A stretch of 63,785 bases of DNA, counting the filler. It is 4 parts of 4 records of this genome, joined end to end, with 100 filler letters (N's around TTAATTAATTAA, not from the genome) between each part and the next. Parts side by side here need not be neighbours in the genome. Positions count along the whole stretch, not along the records: positions 1 to 15,731 come from SRR31156797_15282; 3 more parts are not named here. One strand, given 5' to 3'. The notes beneath the pieces are model-generated. The model saw only the letters and a list, made by a program, of their open reading frames with translations, did not search any database and was not told the DNA's origin. Below, piece by piece: positions 1 to 11,096 of the stretch (position 1 is the first letter of the stretch; every line of letters starts with the position of its first letter). The translations under genes and the position numbers were made by a program.

Positions 1-330
1 AATCCACCAAACAGCATAAGAAATAAATTTGAAACCTCTGGTTTCATCAAACTTCTCCGCAGCTTTAATCAATCCGAGGTTACCCTCATTAATCAAATCA
101 GGAAGGCTTAATCCTTGATTTTGATATTGTTTAGCAACAGAAACCACAAATCGCAAATTAGCTTTTGTCAGTTTCTCAAGAGCAGCGCGATCGCCTTTCT
201 TGATTCGCTGTGCTAATTCAACTTCTTCCTCCACAGTAATTAACTCCTCACGGCCAATTTCCTGAAGATACTTATCGAGAGACGCACTCTCGCGATTCGT
301 GATCGACTTAGTAATTTTTAACTGTCTCAT
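1..330 (-). CDS. rpoD: RpoD/SigA-family RNA polymerase sigma factor, 5' part (runs off window start)
   Basis: Manual translation from ATG at 330: [110 protein letters not shown]. These are sigma70 regions 1.2-2.4 of the Bacteroidota primary sigma. Not in the ORF track. Confidence 0.93.
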   Translation of the reverse strand, partial: MRQLKITKSITNRESASLDKYLQEIGREELITVEEEVELAQRIKKGDRAALEKLTKANLRFVVSVAKQYQNQGLSLPDLINEGNLGLIKAAEKFDETRGFKFISYAVWWI

Positions 331-572
331 ATATATTCTAGATTTACAGCTTAGATAAAAAGGGTTGCGAAATTACAAATAATTAATATTCTATACAAAT
401 AAACATGAATCCCATTGGATTGAGATTCATGTTCTATATTTCATCTGATTTTTATTGTCATTCAAATTTGCTCCTATCCTGTGTGCCTATCTTACGAAGG
501 CTTTACTAAAAGGTTTCAGAAATATTAATTTAAATTTTTGTTTTTCACTAACTGTAAAACTATGCTTAAACT

Positions 573-2072
573 TTAATTTCCAAAAGCGTAATAAGCTTTC
601 ATACCGTTAGGATATATTCCCTCAACCATTATTCCTCCATCAGCTTTTTCAATTACCTGACGTATATCATTTTCTTCAACAATTTTCATACCATTCATTG
701 CCAGTATAATAAAGCCTTCGTGAATACCTGCATTTCTCAATTTTCCACTATTTAACTCTACAATTTTCATACCATGTGAAATCCTAAGTAATTTCTTTTC
801 TTTATTTGACACTGGTTCAAATTTTGCACCCAGATCAGTTATCATATCATCACCTTGAATAATTTCGGTATTTCCTTGCCTATTCTGTAATACAACGTCT
901 TTTTCGATTTCTTTATTATTTCTTAATAATGTAACTTTAAGCTCATCTCCTGGCCTAAATTTACTTAACTGTTCTTGTAGTTGAGCAACATTTTCAATTT
1001 CAATGCTTCCAATTCTTAATATTACATCGCCTTTTTCAATTCCTGCTTTATCAGCAGCTCCGCCATCATTTAAGCCATCTATATATACGCCTTTCAAGGT
1101 CTCTATATCATTGGCACTGGCAAATTCTTCATTCAAATCGTGAATTACAATGCCCATAACCGCACGTTGTACCTGTCCAAACTCTATCAAATCTTCAGCT
1201 ACTTTCATTGCTATGTTGACCGGAACAGCAAATGAATATCCTGTAAATGTACCTGTTCTGGAAGCAATGGCAGTATTAATTCCTATTAACTCACCTTTTC
1301 TATTCACCAAAGCTCCACCACTATTTCCCGGATTTACAGCGGCATCAGTTTGAATAAATGCCTCAATTCCATAGCTTTCGCGCATAAGGTTTATATTCCT
1401 TGCTTTCGCAGAAACGATTCCTGCAGTTACCGTAGACGTTAGGTTAAATGGATTTCCAACGGCTAAAACCCATTCACCAACTTGCACATTATCTGAATTA
1501 CCCGGCAATAAATAAGGTAAACCTTCTTCTTCAACCTTCAGCAAAGCTATATCAGTGCCCGGATCAGTTCCTACTAATTCTGCGTCAAATTCTCTTTTAT
1601 CATTTAGCACTACACGAATTTTTTCAGCTCTATCAATTACGTGGTTATTGGTTATTATGTAACCATCTTTAGATATGATTACCCCAGATCCACTCGACAT
1701 CACAGGTTGACTTCTTCTTTGATGACCATCACCAAAAAAATAATCTAAAAAAGGATTACCATAAGAATATTGCTGCATATACGCTGTTTTAACATGAACT
1801 ACAGCATCAACAGTTCTTTGTGCAGCCACAACCATTTCATTTTCAAGTGCACCACTATAAGAAAGAGCCCCAATCTGCTTCATGTGTGCTTCATCCAGGT
1901 TATTCGAATCCATTAACCTAATTGGACTTGATTGTGTAGTATAGGATACTCTATCGCTTTGCTCTAGCGATTTTTCTATTTTCTGGTCAACGAAATTGTT
2001 ATACACTAAAATTACAAGTATCCCTCCGATTACTCCAGCCATTAAATTGGCAAAAAACTTCATACTTTTCAT
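573..2072 (-). CDS. htrA: HtrA/DegP (Do family) serine endopeptidase with PDZ domains
   Basis: TNNHV, DIALL and GNSGG catalytic triad motifs; N-terminal membrane anchor; C-terminal PDZ. Confidence 0.93.
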   Translation of the reverse strand: MKSMKFFANLMAGVIGGILVILVYNNFVDQKIEKSLEQSDRVSYTTQSSPIRLMDSNNLDEAHMKQIGALSYSGALENEMVVAAQRTVDAVVHVKTAYMQQYSYGNPFLDYFFGDGHQRRSQPVMSSGSGVIISKDGYIITNNHVIDRAEKIRVVLNDKREFDAELVGTDPGTDIALLKVEEEGLPYLLPGNSDNVQVGEWVLAVGNPFNLTSTVTAGIVSAKARNINLMRESYGIEAFIQTDAAVNPGNSGGALVNRKGELIGINTAIASRTGTFTGYSFAVPVNIAMKVAEDLIEFGQVQRAVMGIVIHDLNEEFASANDIETLKGVYIDGLNDGGAADKAGIEKGDVILRIGSIEIENVAQLQEQLSKFRPGDELKVTLLRNNKEIEKDVVLQNRQGNTEIIQGDDMITDLGAKFEPVSNKEKKLLRISHGMKIVELNSGKLRNAGIHEGFIILAMNGMKIVEENDIRQVIEKADGGIMVEGIYPNGMKAYYAFGN

Positions 2073-2217
2073 TTTATTATATTTTTAAGGGTTATAATCA
2101 TGGTACTTCAAATTATTTTCTGAATTTTGAATATAATTTAAGATTAATATTTGATAATACGCATAAGTAAAATCAATATCTATGCTAATTTGAGGCTTTT
2201 AACCTAACTTTAACTTT

Positions 2218-3000
2218 ATGCTGAAAAAATTTCATAAGTATCAAGGTGCCGGAAATGATTTTGTAATGGTAGATAACTATACTACAGAAAATGCGCGTCT
2301 AACAAATAATGAGATTGCGACAATTTGTCACCGCCGGTTTGGTGTTGGTGCTGATGGGCTAATTGTTATTGAAAAATCAGACAAATTGGATTTTAAAATG
2401 ATTTACTATAACTCAGATGGGTATGAAGGTACAATGTGTGGAAATGGAGGAAGATGTGCTGTTCAATTTGCATATGATTTAAAAATCATTGGCAATTCCA
2501 CTACATTTGATGCAGTTGATGGCGAACATAAAGCAGAGGTTTATGAAAATAATATAGTTTCACTCCAAATGAATAATGTGAGTAGCATAAAAAAAACAAA
2601 GTTTGGTCTTTTTTTAGATACTGGCTCACCGCATCTGATAATTGAATCAAGTAACCTGGAAATAATGGATGTTTTTAACGAAGGAAAAAAAATCAGATAT
2701 GATAAATCCTTCGAGCCTGGTGGAACAAATGTGAACTTCATTGAAATCGTAAGTAATGTTATTAATATTCGCACATATGAACGAGGTGTAGAAAACGAAA
2801 CACTCGCTTGCGGTACAGGGAGCGTAGCAGCAGCTATTGGAGCTTATCACCTGGGCAAAATAGATAATACAAACAATGTTCATATCAAAGCAAAAGGTGG
2901 CGATTTGTATGTGTCATTTGAGCACAATACCGTCTATAATAACATTTGGTTAAAAGGTCCTGCCACGAAAGTATTCGATGGTTATGATTTCATTAAGTAA
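2218..3000 (+). CDS. dapF: diaminopimelate epimerase
   Basis: KYQGAGNDF, MCGNGGRC and ERGVENETLACGTG motifs. Confidence 0.95.
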   Translation: MLKKFHKYQGAGNDFVMVDNYTTENARLTNNEIATICHRRFGVGADGLIVIEKSDKLDFKMIYYNSDGYEGTMCGNGGRCAVQFAYDLKIIGNSTTFDAVDGEHKAEVYENNIVSLQMNNVSSIKKTKFGLFLDTGSPHLIIESSNLEIMDVFNEGKKIRYDKSFEPGGTNVNFIEIVSNVINIRTYERGVENETLACGTGSVAAAIGAYHLGKIDNTNNVHIKAKGGDLYVSFEHNTVYNNIWLKGPATKVFDGYDFIK

Positions 3001-3056
3001 AAAAATTTTCGTTTGCATATTTTATTTAATATCTTTAGCCTGATAAAGCACTAACT

Positions 3057-4154
3057 ATGTCCTTACAAAAGGAAACAACTTACAGAATAGTAGATATACT
3101 CGACAAAGAAAGCATGAGTTACTTTTACAGGGGGCACCTAACTCAGAGTATCACAGATGGGATATTGGCGCTTACAGAAACTAATTTATCTAAAGCTAAC
3201 GAGCCTGTTAAAGTAAAGAAGCGTGTATATACAATATTGGTTGAGGGGTTACAGAACATTACCCGTCACCAGGAAGGACCTAATGATCATAAAAGTTTCT
3301 TTGGCGTTGAGCAAAGTGGAGAGTTTTACTTTATTACAATGTCCAATATTATTCCAAATGAGAATATTGAAAAACTAAGTGGCCAACTTGATCAAATTAA
3401 TAGCTTAGAGCAAGATGAATTGAAAAAATTCTATAAGCAAGCGCTTATGGAAAATGAGCTAAGTGCAAAAGGAGGTGCAGGATTAGGACTAATAGAGATG
3501 GCCAGAAAATCTGGAAATAAGTTGCAATATGATTTTAAGAAAATCAATGAGAAGCATTCTTTCTTCTATTTAAGGACCTACATAAAACATAATCTTTCAA
3601 CCGTGGAATCTCAAACCAAACCCCTTGATTTCTCAAATATTTTCAAGCTGCATCAGCAACTTGAAACAGAAGACGTACTAATTATTTTCAATGGAATATT
3701 CAACCAGGAAAGCTTAATCAATTTATTATCAATTATTGAAAGCCAAATGGCAGGCCAACCGGCATTGAAAAAGAAAGTATTTAATATTATGGTTGAATTG
3801 CTGCAGAATATAGTAAAGCATGGATTACCAATTAATGGCAGCGAAGGAAACCCCGGTCTATTCTATATTTCTGCCTTAGAAAATGGTTATAAGTTGCATA
3901 CAGGAAATTATATAAAAGCTGAAGATATAGCGCCTCTGAAAGAAAAAATTGATCAGGTGAACGAACTAAATACTGAAGAATTAAACGCTTTTTATGATAA
4001 GAGACTTTTTAATTTCCAAATTGATAACAGTAAAGAATCTGGTCTTGGATTGATTGAGCTAAGATTGAAAAGCAATGCTAAATTAGAATATGCCTTCAAA
4101 AAAGAAACTGAAGAACATAGCTTTTTTACCATTGAAGTAACAATTAACGGATAA
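3057..4154 (+). CDS. SiaB-family protein kinase with two tandem SiaB domains
   Basis: Two repeats of the GHKL-like pattern: VEGLQNI...GGAGLGLIEMARKS and VELLQNI...ESGLGLIELRLKS. Followed by SiaC genes. Confidence 0.8.
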   Translation: MSLQKETTYRIVDILDKESMSYFYRGHLTQSITDGILALTETNLSKANEPVKVKKRVYTILVEGLQNITRHQEGPNDHKSFFGVEQSGEFYFITMSNIIPNENIEKLSGQLDQINSLEQDELKKFYKQALMENELSAKGGAGLGLIEMARKSGNKLQYDFKKINEKHSFFYLRTYIKHNLSTVESQTKPLDFSNIFKLHQQLETEDVLIIFNGIFNQESLINLLSIIESQMAGQPALKKKVFNIMVELLQNIVKHGLPINGSEGNPGLFYISALENGYKLHTGNYIKAEDIAPLKEKIDQVNELNTEELNAFYDKRLFNFQIDNSKESGLGLIELRLKSNAKLEYAFKKETEEHSFFTIEVTING

Positions 4155-4561
4155 TGGAACCATACATACTAACCGCCACAGAAGATACGCCTAAGATTGT
4201 TTTGGATAAACAAAACAATAAATTTGTTATAGCTGATCGGTCATTGCCGGAAAATGCATTTGACTTTTACAAACCAGTTTACGAATGGCTTGAAAAATAT
4301 GTATTAGATCCGTTAGATGAGACTGAACTTCATGTGCAATTAGATTATTTTAATACAGCCAGTGCCAAACAACTTGGAAAAATTTTCAATCTTTTAGAAA
4401 ACATTAAAAGCTCCTTATTTGTCAAATGGCATTACTACGCTGACGATCAAGATATGCTTGAAAGCGGAAAAAGATTTGCGCGGCTTACAGGAATTAATTT
4501 TGAACTCATTGAAGAAGTTCCAGAAGATGACAGCGATGACTTTAAAATAATATACGAGTAA
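4154..4561 (+). CDS. SiaC-family (DUF1987) regulatory phosphoprotein 1
   Basis: ATEDTP, SLPENA..FY.P and YFNTAS motifs; start overlaps the SiaB stop. Confidence 0.85.
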   Translation: MEPYILTATEDTPKIVLDKQNNKFVIADRSLPENAFDFYKPVYEWLEKYVLDPLDETELHVQLDYFNTASAKQLGKIFNLLENIKSSLFVKWHYYADDQDMLESGKRFARLTGINFELIEEVPEDDSDDFKIIYE

Positions 4562-4562
4562 T

Positions 4563-4937
4563 ATGATGCCAGTATTGTACATTGAAGCTACTAAAGATAC
4601 ACCCAAAGTACTTTTCGACGCCGAAAACAATCACTTTGAAATCTCAGAAAAAAGTTTGCCTGAAGATGCCATTGGTTTCTTTCAGCCAATTTTTGATTGG
4701 TTGAATCAATATATAGACCATCCAAATGATGACAATTCCTTTATTTTTTACCTTGACTATTATTCAACTTCAACTGCCAAGCAATTAACAAAAATATTTT
4801 ATCTGCTTGAAAAGCTATCTGAGAAAGCAAAAGTTCAGGTAATTTGGAAATATCATGATGCTGATATCGATATGTATCATGCAGGTTTACGTTACCAGAA
4901 AATGTTGAATATTGATTTTAAAATAGAAAAGGCCTAG
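4563..4937 (+). CDS. SiaC-family (DUF1987) regulatory phosphoprotein 2
   Basis: ATKDTP, SLPEDA..FF.P, YYSTST; paralog of the preceding gene. Confidence 0.85.
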   Translation: MMPVLYIEATKDTPKVLFDAENNHFEISEKSLPEDAIGFFQPIFDWLNQYIDHPNDDNSFIFYLDYYSTSTAKQLTKIFYLLEKLSEKAKVQVIWKYHDADIDMYHAGLRYQKMLNIDFKIEKA

Positions 4938-4938
4938 C

Positions 4939-6315
4939 TTAAAATTTTACGCCCCAGACTATTACATCATCATATTGTCTAGTACCACCTTTCCAGGAAT
5001 TAAAATATTCTTCTAGCATACTTATTTGTTTTTCCATATCAAGGCTTGAAATCTGTGTGATGATTTCTTTAAATCTTGGTTGCATCATCTTTTCTGTTTC
5101 TCCCTCATTGTATTGATCCCTGTATCCATCTGAAAAGAAATACAAAATATCGCCATCAGATATTGAAAAACGATGTAGATCAAACGTTGGAGCAATCCTA
5201 CCTAACATATCTCCCCCAATGGAATTAAGGCTGCCAGGTATTTCAATAATTTTACCATTATGATATAAGAATGCAAATTGATTAGCTAAACTTATTGATA
5301 ATTGCCTTGTTTCCAAATCATACTGAGCAATAGACATATCCATACCATCTTGTTGGCCAATCATTTTATTATCTTGTCTTAATACTAATTTAATTTTTCG
5401 ATCAAGCTCTTTCAATATAATGGCCGGATTAAAAATTCTTTCGCTTATAACAATTTCATTTAGCAATGTATTTCCAATGGTTGCCATAAGTGCGCCAGGT
5501 ACACCATGTCCGGTACAATCAGCCTCAACATAAAAAGCTTTGTCATCTACTTCTCCATACCAGTAAAAATCTCCACTAACAATATCACGTGGCCTAAATA
5601 ATAAAAATGAATCTTTCAAAAATCGACTGTAATCAACCTTTCTTGGCAATAATGCTGATTGAATACGTTGTGCATATGTTATACTGTCAGTAGTTAATTG
5701 ATTAATGTTTTCAAGCTCTGCATTCATAGCCTCAAGCTGCTCACCTTGTACCATTAACTCTTCTCTCTGCTGAGAAATTTCTTCTTCGGCATATTTTAGG
5801 TCGTTAATATTAGTCGCCATTATGGTTACATAATGCTTATCATCTAGCACTGCATTAGAAAAATTAATCTGTAGCCAATACCTATGTCCTCGCCTATTCG
5901 TCAGAAATACCTCACTCTTAGCATTTTGAAGTCTTTCAACACTATCAGTAAATATATCATATATTTTATCTAATCCCTCAAATTCAAATAGTTGTCGGCT
6001 TTTTAGATCCTCTGCATTATTAACAGCTAATATTTCCTTGAAAGTATTATTTATATATATGATTTCACCTTTTTGATTTGTAATAGCCACAAGGTTATCG
6101 GTTGTATCAACAATGAGAGACATTAATTTAAAGTCGTTAGCAACTTTTATATTTTCTTTACCTAGCTTTTTGTATTTATCTAATATTTTATGAACGTACT
6201 TATAATTCCGCTTTTTCAAATATTGATATAAAAAGAATAAAGATCCTACCCACAATAATAAAATGAATAAGCCTGAAAAAAAGTGAATTATTGAAATATT
6301 TTGTAATACAATCAT
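4939..6315 (-). CDS. membrane-anchored PAS + SpoIIE/PP2C phosphatase
   Basis: N-terminal TM, PAS, coiled coil; DIVSGDFYW, ADCTGHGVPGA, DGMD, SDG and DD motifs. Confidence 0.88.
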   Translation of the reverse strand: MIVLQNISIIHFFSGLFILLLWVGSLFFLYQYLKKRNYKYVHKILDKYKKLGKENIKVANDFKLMSLIVDTTDNLVAITNQKGEIIYINNTFKEILAVNNAEDLKSRQLFEFEGLDKIYDIFTDSVERLQNAKSEVFLTNRRGHRYWLQINFSNAVLDDKHYVTIMATNINDLKYAEEEISQQREELMVQGEQLEAMNAELENINQLTTDSITYAQRIQSALLPRKVDYSRFLKDSFLLFRPRDIVSGDFYWYGEVDDKAFYVEADCTGHGVPGALMATIGNTLLNEIVISERIFNPAIILKELDRKIKLVLRQDNKMIGQQDGMDMSIAQYDLETRQLSISLANQFAFLYHNGKIIEIPGSLNSIGGDMLGRIAPTFDLHRFSISDGDILYFFSDGYRDQYNEGETEKMMQPRFKEIITQISSLDMEKQISMLEEYFNSWKGGTRQYDDVIVWGVKF

Positions 6316-6335
6316 TGATAAAACTCAATAGCTAT

Positions 6336-9300
6336 TTATTTTAACTCCAAACCAATAACCAATACATCATCAACCTGATCCAACTCTCCTTTCCAGGAAT
6401 AGAAGGTTTTTTTAATGGCCTCTGCATGATCTTTAAGGTCATGAGACTCTATTTGTAATAGTAATTTCTTGAAATTTATTGTTTTAAACTTTTTACCCTT
6501 TTTACCTCCAAATTGATCAGTATAACCATCACTAAACATATATAAAATATCACCATCTCTAACGTCAATGGTCTGTAATGTAAATGGTTTTTTAATATCC
6601 CGGAAAATGCTAATAGGCATTTTATCTGGCTCCAATACAATTAATTCTTTACCTCTTTTTAAAAATGCAGTATTATTTGCCCCTGCATATTTAAGTATTT
6701 TGTTTTTCCTGTCATATGATATAAGTGCTAAATCCATCCCATCTTTATTATCCCCAATTTCTGTAGTTTGTCTCAATCCAGAAATAATGTTATCACGCAG
6801 TTTATTTAAAACCAGGTCAGGAAGATATATCTTTTGATTTTTTACAATATCATTCAAATAATTCAGGCCAATTAAACTCATAAATGCTCCAGGAACACCA
6901 TGTCCGGTGCAATCTGCCACCGCAAGCATCGATAAATCATCAGTTCTGTGTGTCCAAAAAAAGTCTCCTGAAACAATATCGCGAGGTAAGTCGAAAATAA
7001 AATTTGAGTCAAATATTAAATCCAAAACACCTTTTGAAGGAAATAATGCAGTTTGAATTCTTTGTGCATAATGTATTGAATCAGTAATTTCCTTCTTTTG
7101 TTGCAATATTTCATCACGTTGTATGTAAGCCAGGTCTCTTTGCTTACTAATTTCATCGCGCTGCATTTCAATTTGCTTTTCAGCTTTTTTCAACTTAGAA
7201 ATATCGGTATCTATTGTAATTAGCTTTATAACATTGCCTTTACTATCTATAATTGGTGTTAAAGTAGTTTGCACCCATAATTCATGCCCGTCTTTGCATT
7301 TATTTAAAGACTCATAAACAATGGGTTTTTTATCGCCAAACCAAACATTAATAAGGTCATTCATTCGTAAATTGGCATTTCGTCCAATCTTACTACGGTC
7401 ATCATCACGGATAAGCTCCTCATACTCATACCCATACATGCGAGTAAATCCTTTATTAATCCATTGATAATTACCTTTCCCATCCATAATAGCCACGGCA
7501 TTATCTGTATATTCAGCAACAATGGATAGCTTTTCAAGTTCTTTATTAGTATTTTTAAGATACTGCGCCTGTTGTTCTATTTCTTCTTTTTGTTGCTGAA
7601 CGGTAAATATAGCTTCATTAATAGCGTTTTGAAGCCGCTTTTTATCATTTTGGAGTCTTTTACTATTTAGGCGAATAAATAAATAAATAATAATCAGACC
7701 AACAACTATATAAAATAAAATGGCCCAAATTGAATAGTAAAAAGGTTTACGTATTGATAATTTAAGTACCGCTTTACCCAATATTTTTAAATTAGCATCT
7801 CTTGCTATAACTTCAAGTGTGTAATTACCTCCAGGCAAATAATTAAATTTTATTAAATTGTTTTTAGACCAATCACTCCATGAATCATTTAACCCAATTA
7901 ACCTATATTGGAACTGAAGATTTTCGAGAGTTTGGTAAGCCGGGCAAGCTACTCTGACAGTTAATGAATTATTCTGAAAAGGAATATCATATGCTTCAAC
8001 CATACTACTTTCATAAGTGCCTTTGTATTCAATTTTATACAAAGAATCCTTTCCAAACATTACACTGCGAAAATATACAGGTGTTTTATAATATTGATTA
8101 TTTAAATAATTTGTATCTATTGCAATCATATTATTTAGACCACTTAACCATATCACACCATTTCCATCAATTTCCATTGATTCTGAACCATATTGTTCTA
8201 TTCGGTTAAATAATGTTCGCTCAAATCTTTTCTTTTTAAGGTCATAATACATTAATCCTCTATCAAGCGCTAACCAAATCTTTCCCCCATCTATCTTCAT
8301 ATCAGCAACTTCAACTGAATCAAATATCTCTCTCTGAAACAAATTCCTATAAGGTTTAAACATGTTATCTTCGTAATCATAATAAAGCAATCCTTCGTTA
8401 GTAGCTAATATTAAAGTATCCTGATACAGGAATGGAATATTATTATCTAAATGGTTGATACCATAATTTGAACCATATCTTTTTACTTTCTCAACATTTC
8501 CATCTTGATCAAATTTGGCCATAAAAAGACCATTATAAGCTGTTGACATCCACAACTGATTGTGATTATCAAAAACTATTTTACGAATATTTTGATGAAA
8601 GTTATCCAACAAATCAAGCCTTTCGACTTTATATTCACCTGAAGCCAACCTTTCAATCTTTAAAACATCAACACCTTCAGTATGACCTAACATATATAAG
8701 TTATCAGCATTGGGAAAAGGCTCTATATCATAAGTTCCGTATAACTTATAAATGGGTTTTAACTTGTCTGTTTTATGATTATAAACAAGTATATCTCGTA
8801 AACTTGCAATTAAAATTTCGTCCTCACAACATTTTAATTGCTCCATATCCAAAACAAAAACATACTTATTTGTAATTTCTCGTATTTGATGAATATTTTT
8901 TACGTTTTTTAAGGATTTATCTAGCATAAAAATCCCCTGTGTAGTACCTATCAATACTTTACCATTTATATTCTTTACAGAAATGATAATTCCATTTAAC
9001 CCATTTCTTTGATTAAAATAAACAAAAGGATTTTGGTATCGAACATAGCTAACTCCCATCTCCCCAGTAATCCAAACTCCTGAATTCTTATCTACACTAA
9101 TATGATAGACTGCATCATTTTCAATACCTGTTCCTTTTTTGAAATTATTGAGAAGATTGAAATTTTTATCAGTAATAAATATTCCTTGTCTTAATGTTGT
9201 AAAAAAATAATTACCATTGCTTTTAGCCCCAAAATATAGCTCTGCATTACTAATTTCCTTATTCAAATCTTTATTGACAGGTATTATTAAAGACTCAATA

Positions 9301-10118
9301 TCTCTATTATTCAATGCCTTAAGTCTATTGGACTTCAATTTGAGTAAATCATCCCATTTATAATAATTATAATCAAATTTTAATTTATAAATACCTTTCT
9401 GCCTTATTCCTGTGATGATTTCATTGCCATTTCCCTCAATAAAAAAATACGGAGTATACTCAATTGGTAATTTAGAATGTTTCATTAAATGCATTGTATC
9501 ATTTAAAACAGTTCCAAAACCAGCATTAACATCATAAAAATAAAGTGTATCTTGAACAACTGAAACCCTGAAATTATGAAGAACAGGAGGAATAGTAATC
9601 AAACTCAGTTCATTATCTTCAAATTTGTAAATGTACTTCCTACCGGCAATAAAATAAATTCCATGTGAAGTATTAAGTACTCTCCAAACTGATTCAAAGT
9701 CAACTTTATCAATTGCTTCAGAAAGAGAATAATATTTTAAACGACCGTAATCATCTGGATAAAAATATCCAAACTCTCTAGTCCCTCCCACAAAAATTCT
9801 ACCCGTTTCATCAACAGCAACTGATCTTAATGCACTATTATTCGGTAAACTATATTCTTTCCAATCAACCCCATCAAATTCTAGTAAGGTTGAACTATTT
9901 GCAATGTAGATAAAGCCATTAGAAGCCTGCACAGACATCCAACTCTGAAGTTCAGAGGTATATTCACTAATATCAAAGTTTTTAATAAATGGAAAACCCT
10001 TTTGCAGAATGGGATTTCCAAAACTCAAAAAACTAAAAAATACAATTACTATGGTTAATAGTTGGCGGAACAAGCTTTTTTCTTTAAAAATAATAAAAAA
10101 TGGCTGACGAAAGCCCAA
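6336..10118 (-). CDS. beta-propeller/Y_Y_Y periplasmic sensor + TM + PAS + SpoIIE/PP2C phosphatase
   Basis: HTCS-type propeller repeats, GNYTLEVIARD Y_Y_Y motif, TM helix, PAS, DIVSGDFFW/ADCTGHGVPGA. Exact start uncertain. Confidence 0.85.
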   Translation of the reverse strand: MGFRQPFFIIFKEKSLFRQLLTIVIVFFSFLSFGNPILQKGFPFIKNFDISEYTSELQSWMSVQASNGFIYIANSSTLLEFDGVDWKEYSLPNNSALRSVAVDETGRIFVGGTREFGYFYPDDYGRLKYYSLSEAIDKVDFESVWRVLNTSHGIYFIAGRKYIYKFEDNELSLITIPPVLHNFRVSVVQDTLYFYDVNAGFGTVLNDTMHLMKHSKLPIEYTPYFFIEGNGNEIITGIRQKGIYKLKFDYNYYKWDDLLKLKSNRLKALNNRDIESLIIPVNKDLNKEISNAELYFGAKSNGNYFFTTLRQGIFITDKNFNLLNNFKKGTGIENDAVYHISVDKNSGVWITGEMGVSYVRYQNPFVYFNQRNGLNGIIISVKNINGKVLIGTTQGIFMLDKSLKNVKNIHQIREITNKYVFVLDMEQLKCCEDEILIASLRDILVYNHKTDKLKPIYKLYGTYDIEPFPNADNLYMLGHTEGVDVLKIERLASGEYKVERLDLLDNFHQNIRKIVFDNHNQLWMSTAYNGLFMAKFDQDGNVEKVKRYGSNYGINHLDNNIPFLYQDTLILATNEGLLYYDYEDNMFKPYRNLFQREIFDSVEVADMKIDGGKIWLALDRGLMYYDLKKKRFERTLFNRIEQYGSESMEIDGNGVIWLSGLNNMIAIDTNYLNNQYYKTPVYFRSVMFGKDSLYKIEYKGTYESSMVEAYDIPFQNNSLTVRVACPAYQTLENLQFQYRLIGLNDSWSDWSKNNLIKFNYLPGGNYTLEVIARDANLKILGKAVLKLSIRKPFYYSIWAILFYIVVGLIIIYLFIRLNSKRLQNDKKRLQNAINEAIFTVQQQKEEIEQQAQYLKNTNKELEKLSIVAEYTDNAVAIMDGKGNYQWINKGFTRMYGYEYEELIRDDDRSKIGRNANLRMNDLINVWFGDKKPIVYESLNKCKDGHELWVQTTLTPIIDSKGNVIKLITIDTDISKLKKAEKQIEMQRDEISKQRDLAYIQRDEILQQKKEITDSIHYAQRIQTALFPSKGVLDLIFDSNFIFDLPRDIVSGDFFWTHRTDDLSMLAVADCTGHGVPGAFMSLIGLNYLNDIVKNQKIYLPDLVLNKLRDNIISGLRQTTEIGDNKDGMDLALISYDRKNKILKYAGANNTAFLKRGKELIVLEPDKMPISIFRDIKKPFTLQTIDVRDGDILYMFSDGYTDQFGGKKGKKFKTINFKKLLLQIESHDLKDHAEAIKKTFYSWKGELDQVDDVLVIGLELK

Positions 10119-10138
10119 ATTCAGTAAGAATTTGACTA

Positions 10139-10984
10139 TTAAGGTTGTGCAAATTTTCGTAATATTTCGATCTCATTCTTCCAATTCTCCGGTTCAGGTG
10201 TCTCCAAAATAAATGGAATATTTTCCAATCTATCATCAATCATCAATCTCTCAAATGCCTGTAAACCAACAAACCCCTTTCCAATTGGAGCATGCCTGTC
10301 TACCCTGCTTCCAAGTTCTTTTTTAGCATCATTTAAATGCATTCCTTTGAGATAATTGAATCCAATAATTTCATCAAATTCTGTCCAGAGTTTATCATAA
10401 CCTTTTTCAGAGCTAAAGTCATATCCTGCAGCAAAAGCGTGACAAGTATCAATACACACTCCTACTCTGGTTTTATCTTCTACCTTATCAATTATTTCTG
10501 CAATTTGCTCAAAGCGAAAACCAAGATTTGTTCCCTGCCCCGCTGTATTTTCTATAACAGCAATCACACCTTGCGTTTCATTCAATGCTATATTGATGGA
10601 CTCAGCAATTATCTTTAAACTACCAGACTCTTCAATTTTATTCAGATGAGAACCAGGGTGAAAATTTAAGCGATCTATACCTAGTTGTTCGCATCTTTGC
10701 ATTTCATCTAAAAATGCATTTCTGGATTTTTCCAGTGGTTCTTTATCCGGATGTCCTAAATTAATTAAATAGCTATCATGAGGTAAAATCTGCCCTGCTC
10801 CAAAGCTATATTCTTCACATGCTTCTTTAAACTTCTCTATACTCTTTTCAGTTAAGGGTTTAGCAACCCACTGTCTTTGGTTTTTTGTAAACAGCGCAAA
10901 TGCTGTTGCTCCAATTTCAGCTGCATTTTTTGGTGCATTCTCTACACCACCTGCAGCACTTACATGTGCTCCAATATATTTCAT
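10139..10984 (-). CDS. nfo: endonuclease IV
   Basis: [35 protein letters not shown] and DRH motifs. Confidence 0.95.
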   Translation of the reverse strand: MKYIGAHVSAAGGVENAPKNAAEIGATAFALFTKNQRQWVAKPLTEKSIEKFKEACEEYSFGAGQILPHDSYLINLGHPDKEPLEKSRNAFLDEMQRCEQLGIDRLNFHPGSHLNKIEESGSLKIIAESINIALNETQGVIAVIENTAGQGTNLGFRFEQIAEIIDKVEDKTRVGVCIDTCHAFAAGYDFSSEKGYDKLWTEFDEIIGFNYLKGMHLNDAKKELGSRVDRHAPIGKGFVGLQAFERLMIDDRLENIPFILETPEPENWKNEIEILRKFAQP

Positions 10985-11045
10985 CTACTTTCTACATTTT
11001 TTTTACAAATCAAGTAATAATATTTCTATTTTTTTCTTATTGAAT

Positions 11046-11080
11046 AAAAAAAGCGGCTTTAGAATAATCCAAAGCCGCAT
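11046..11080 (-). terminator. intrinsic terminator of pnt operon
   Basis: GCGGCTTT...AAAGCCGC hairpin with A-run (U-tract on the minus strand). Confidence 0.7.
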
Positions 11081-11096
11081 TGAAACATTTTATTTT

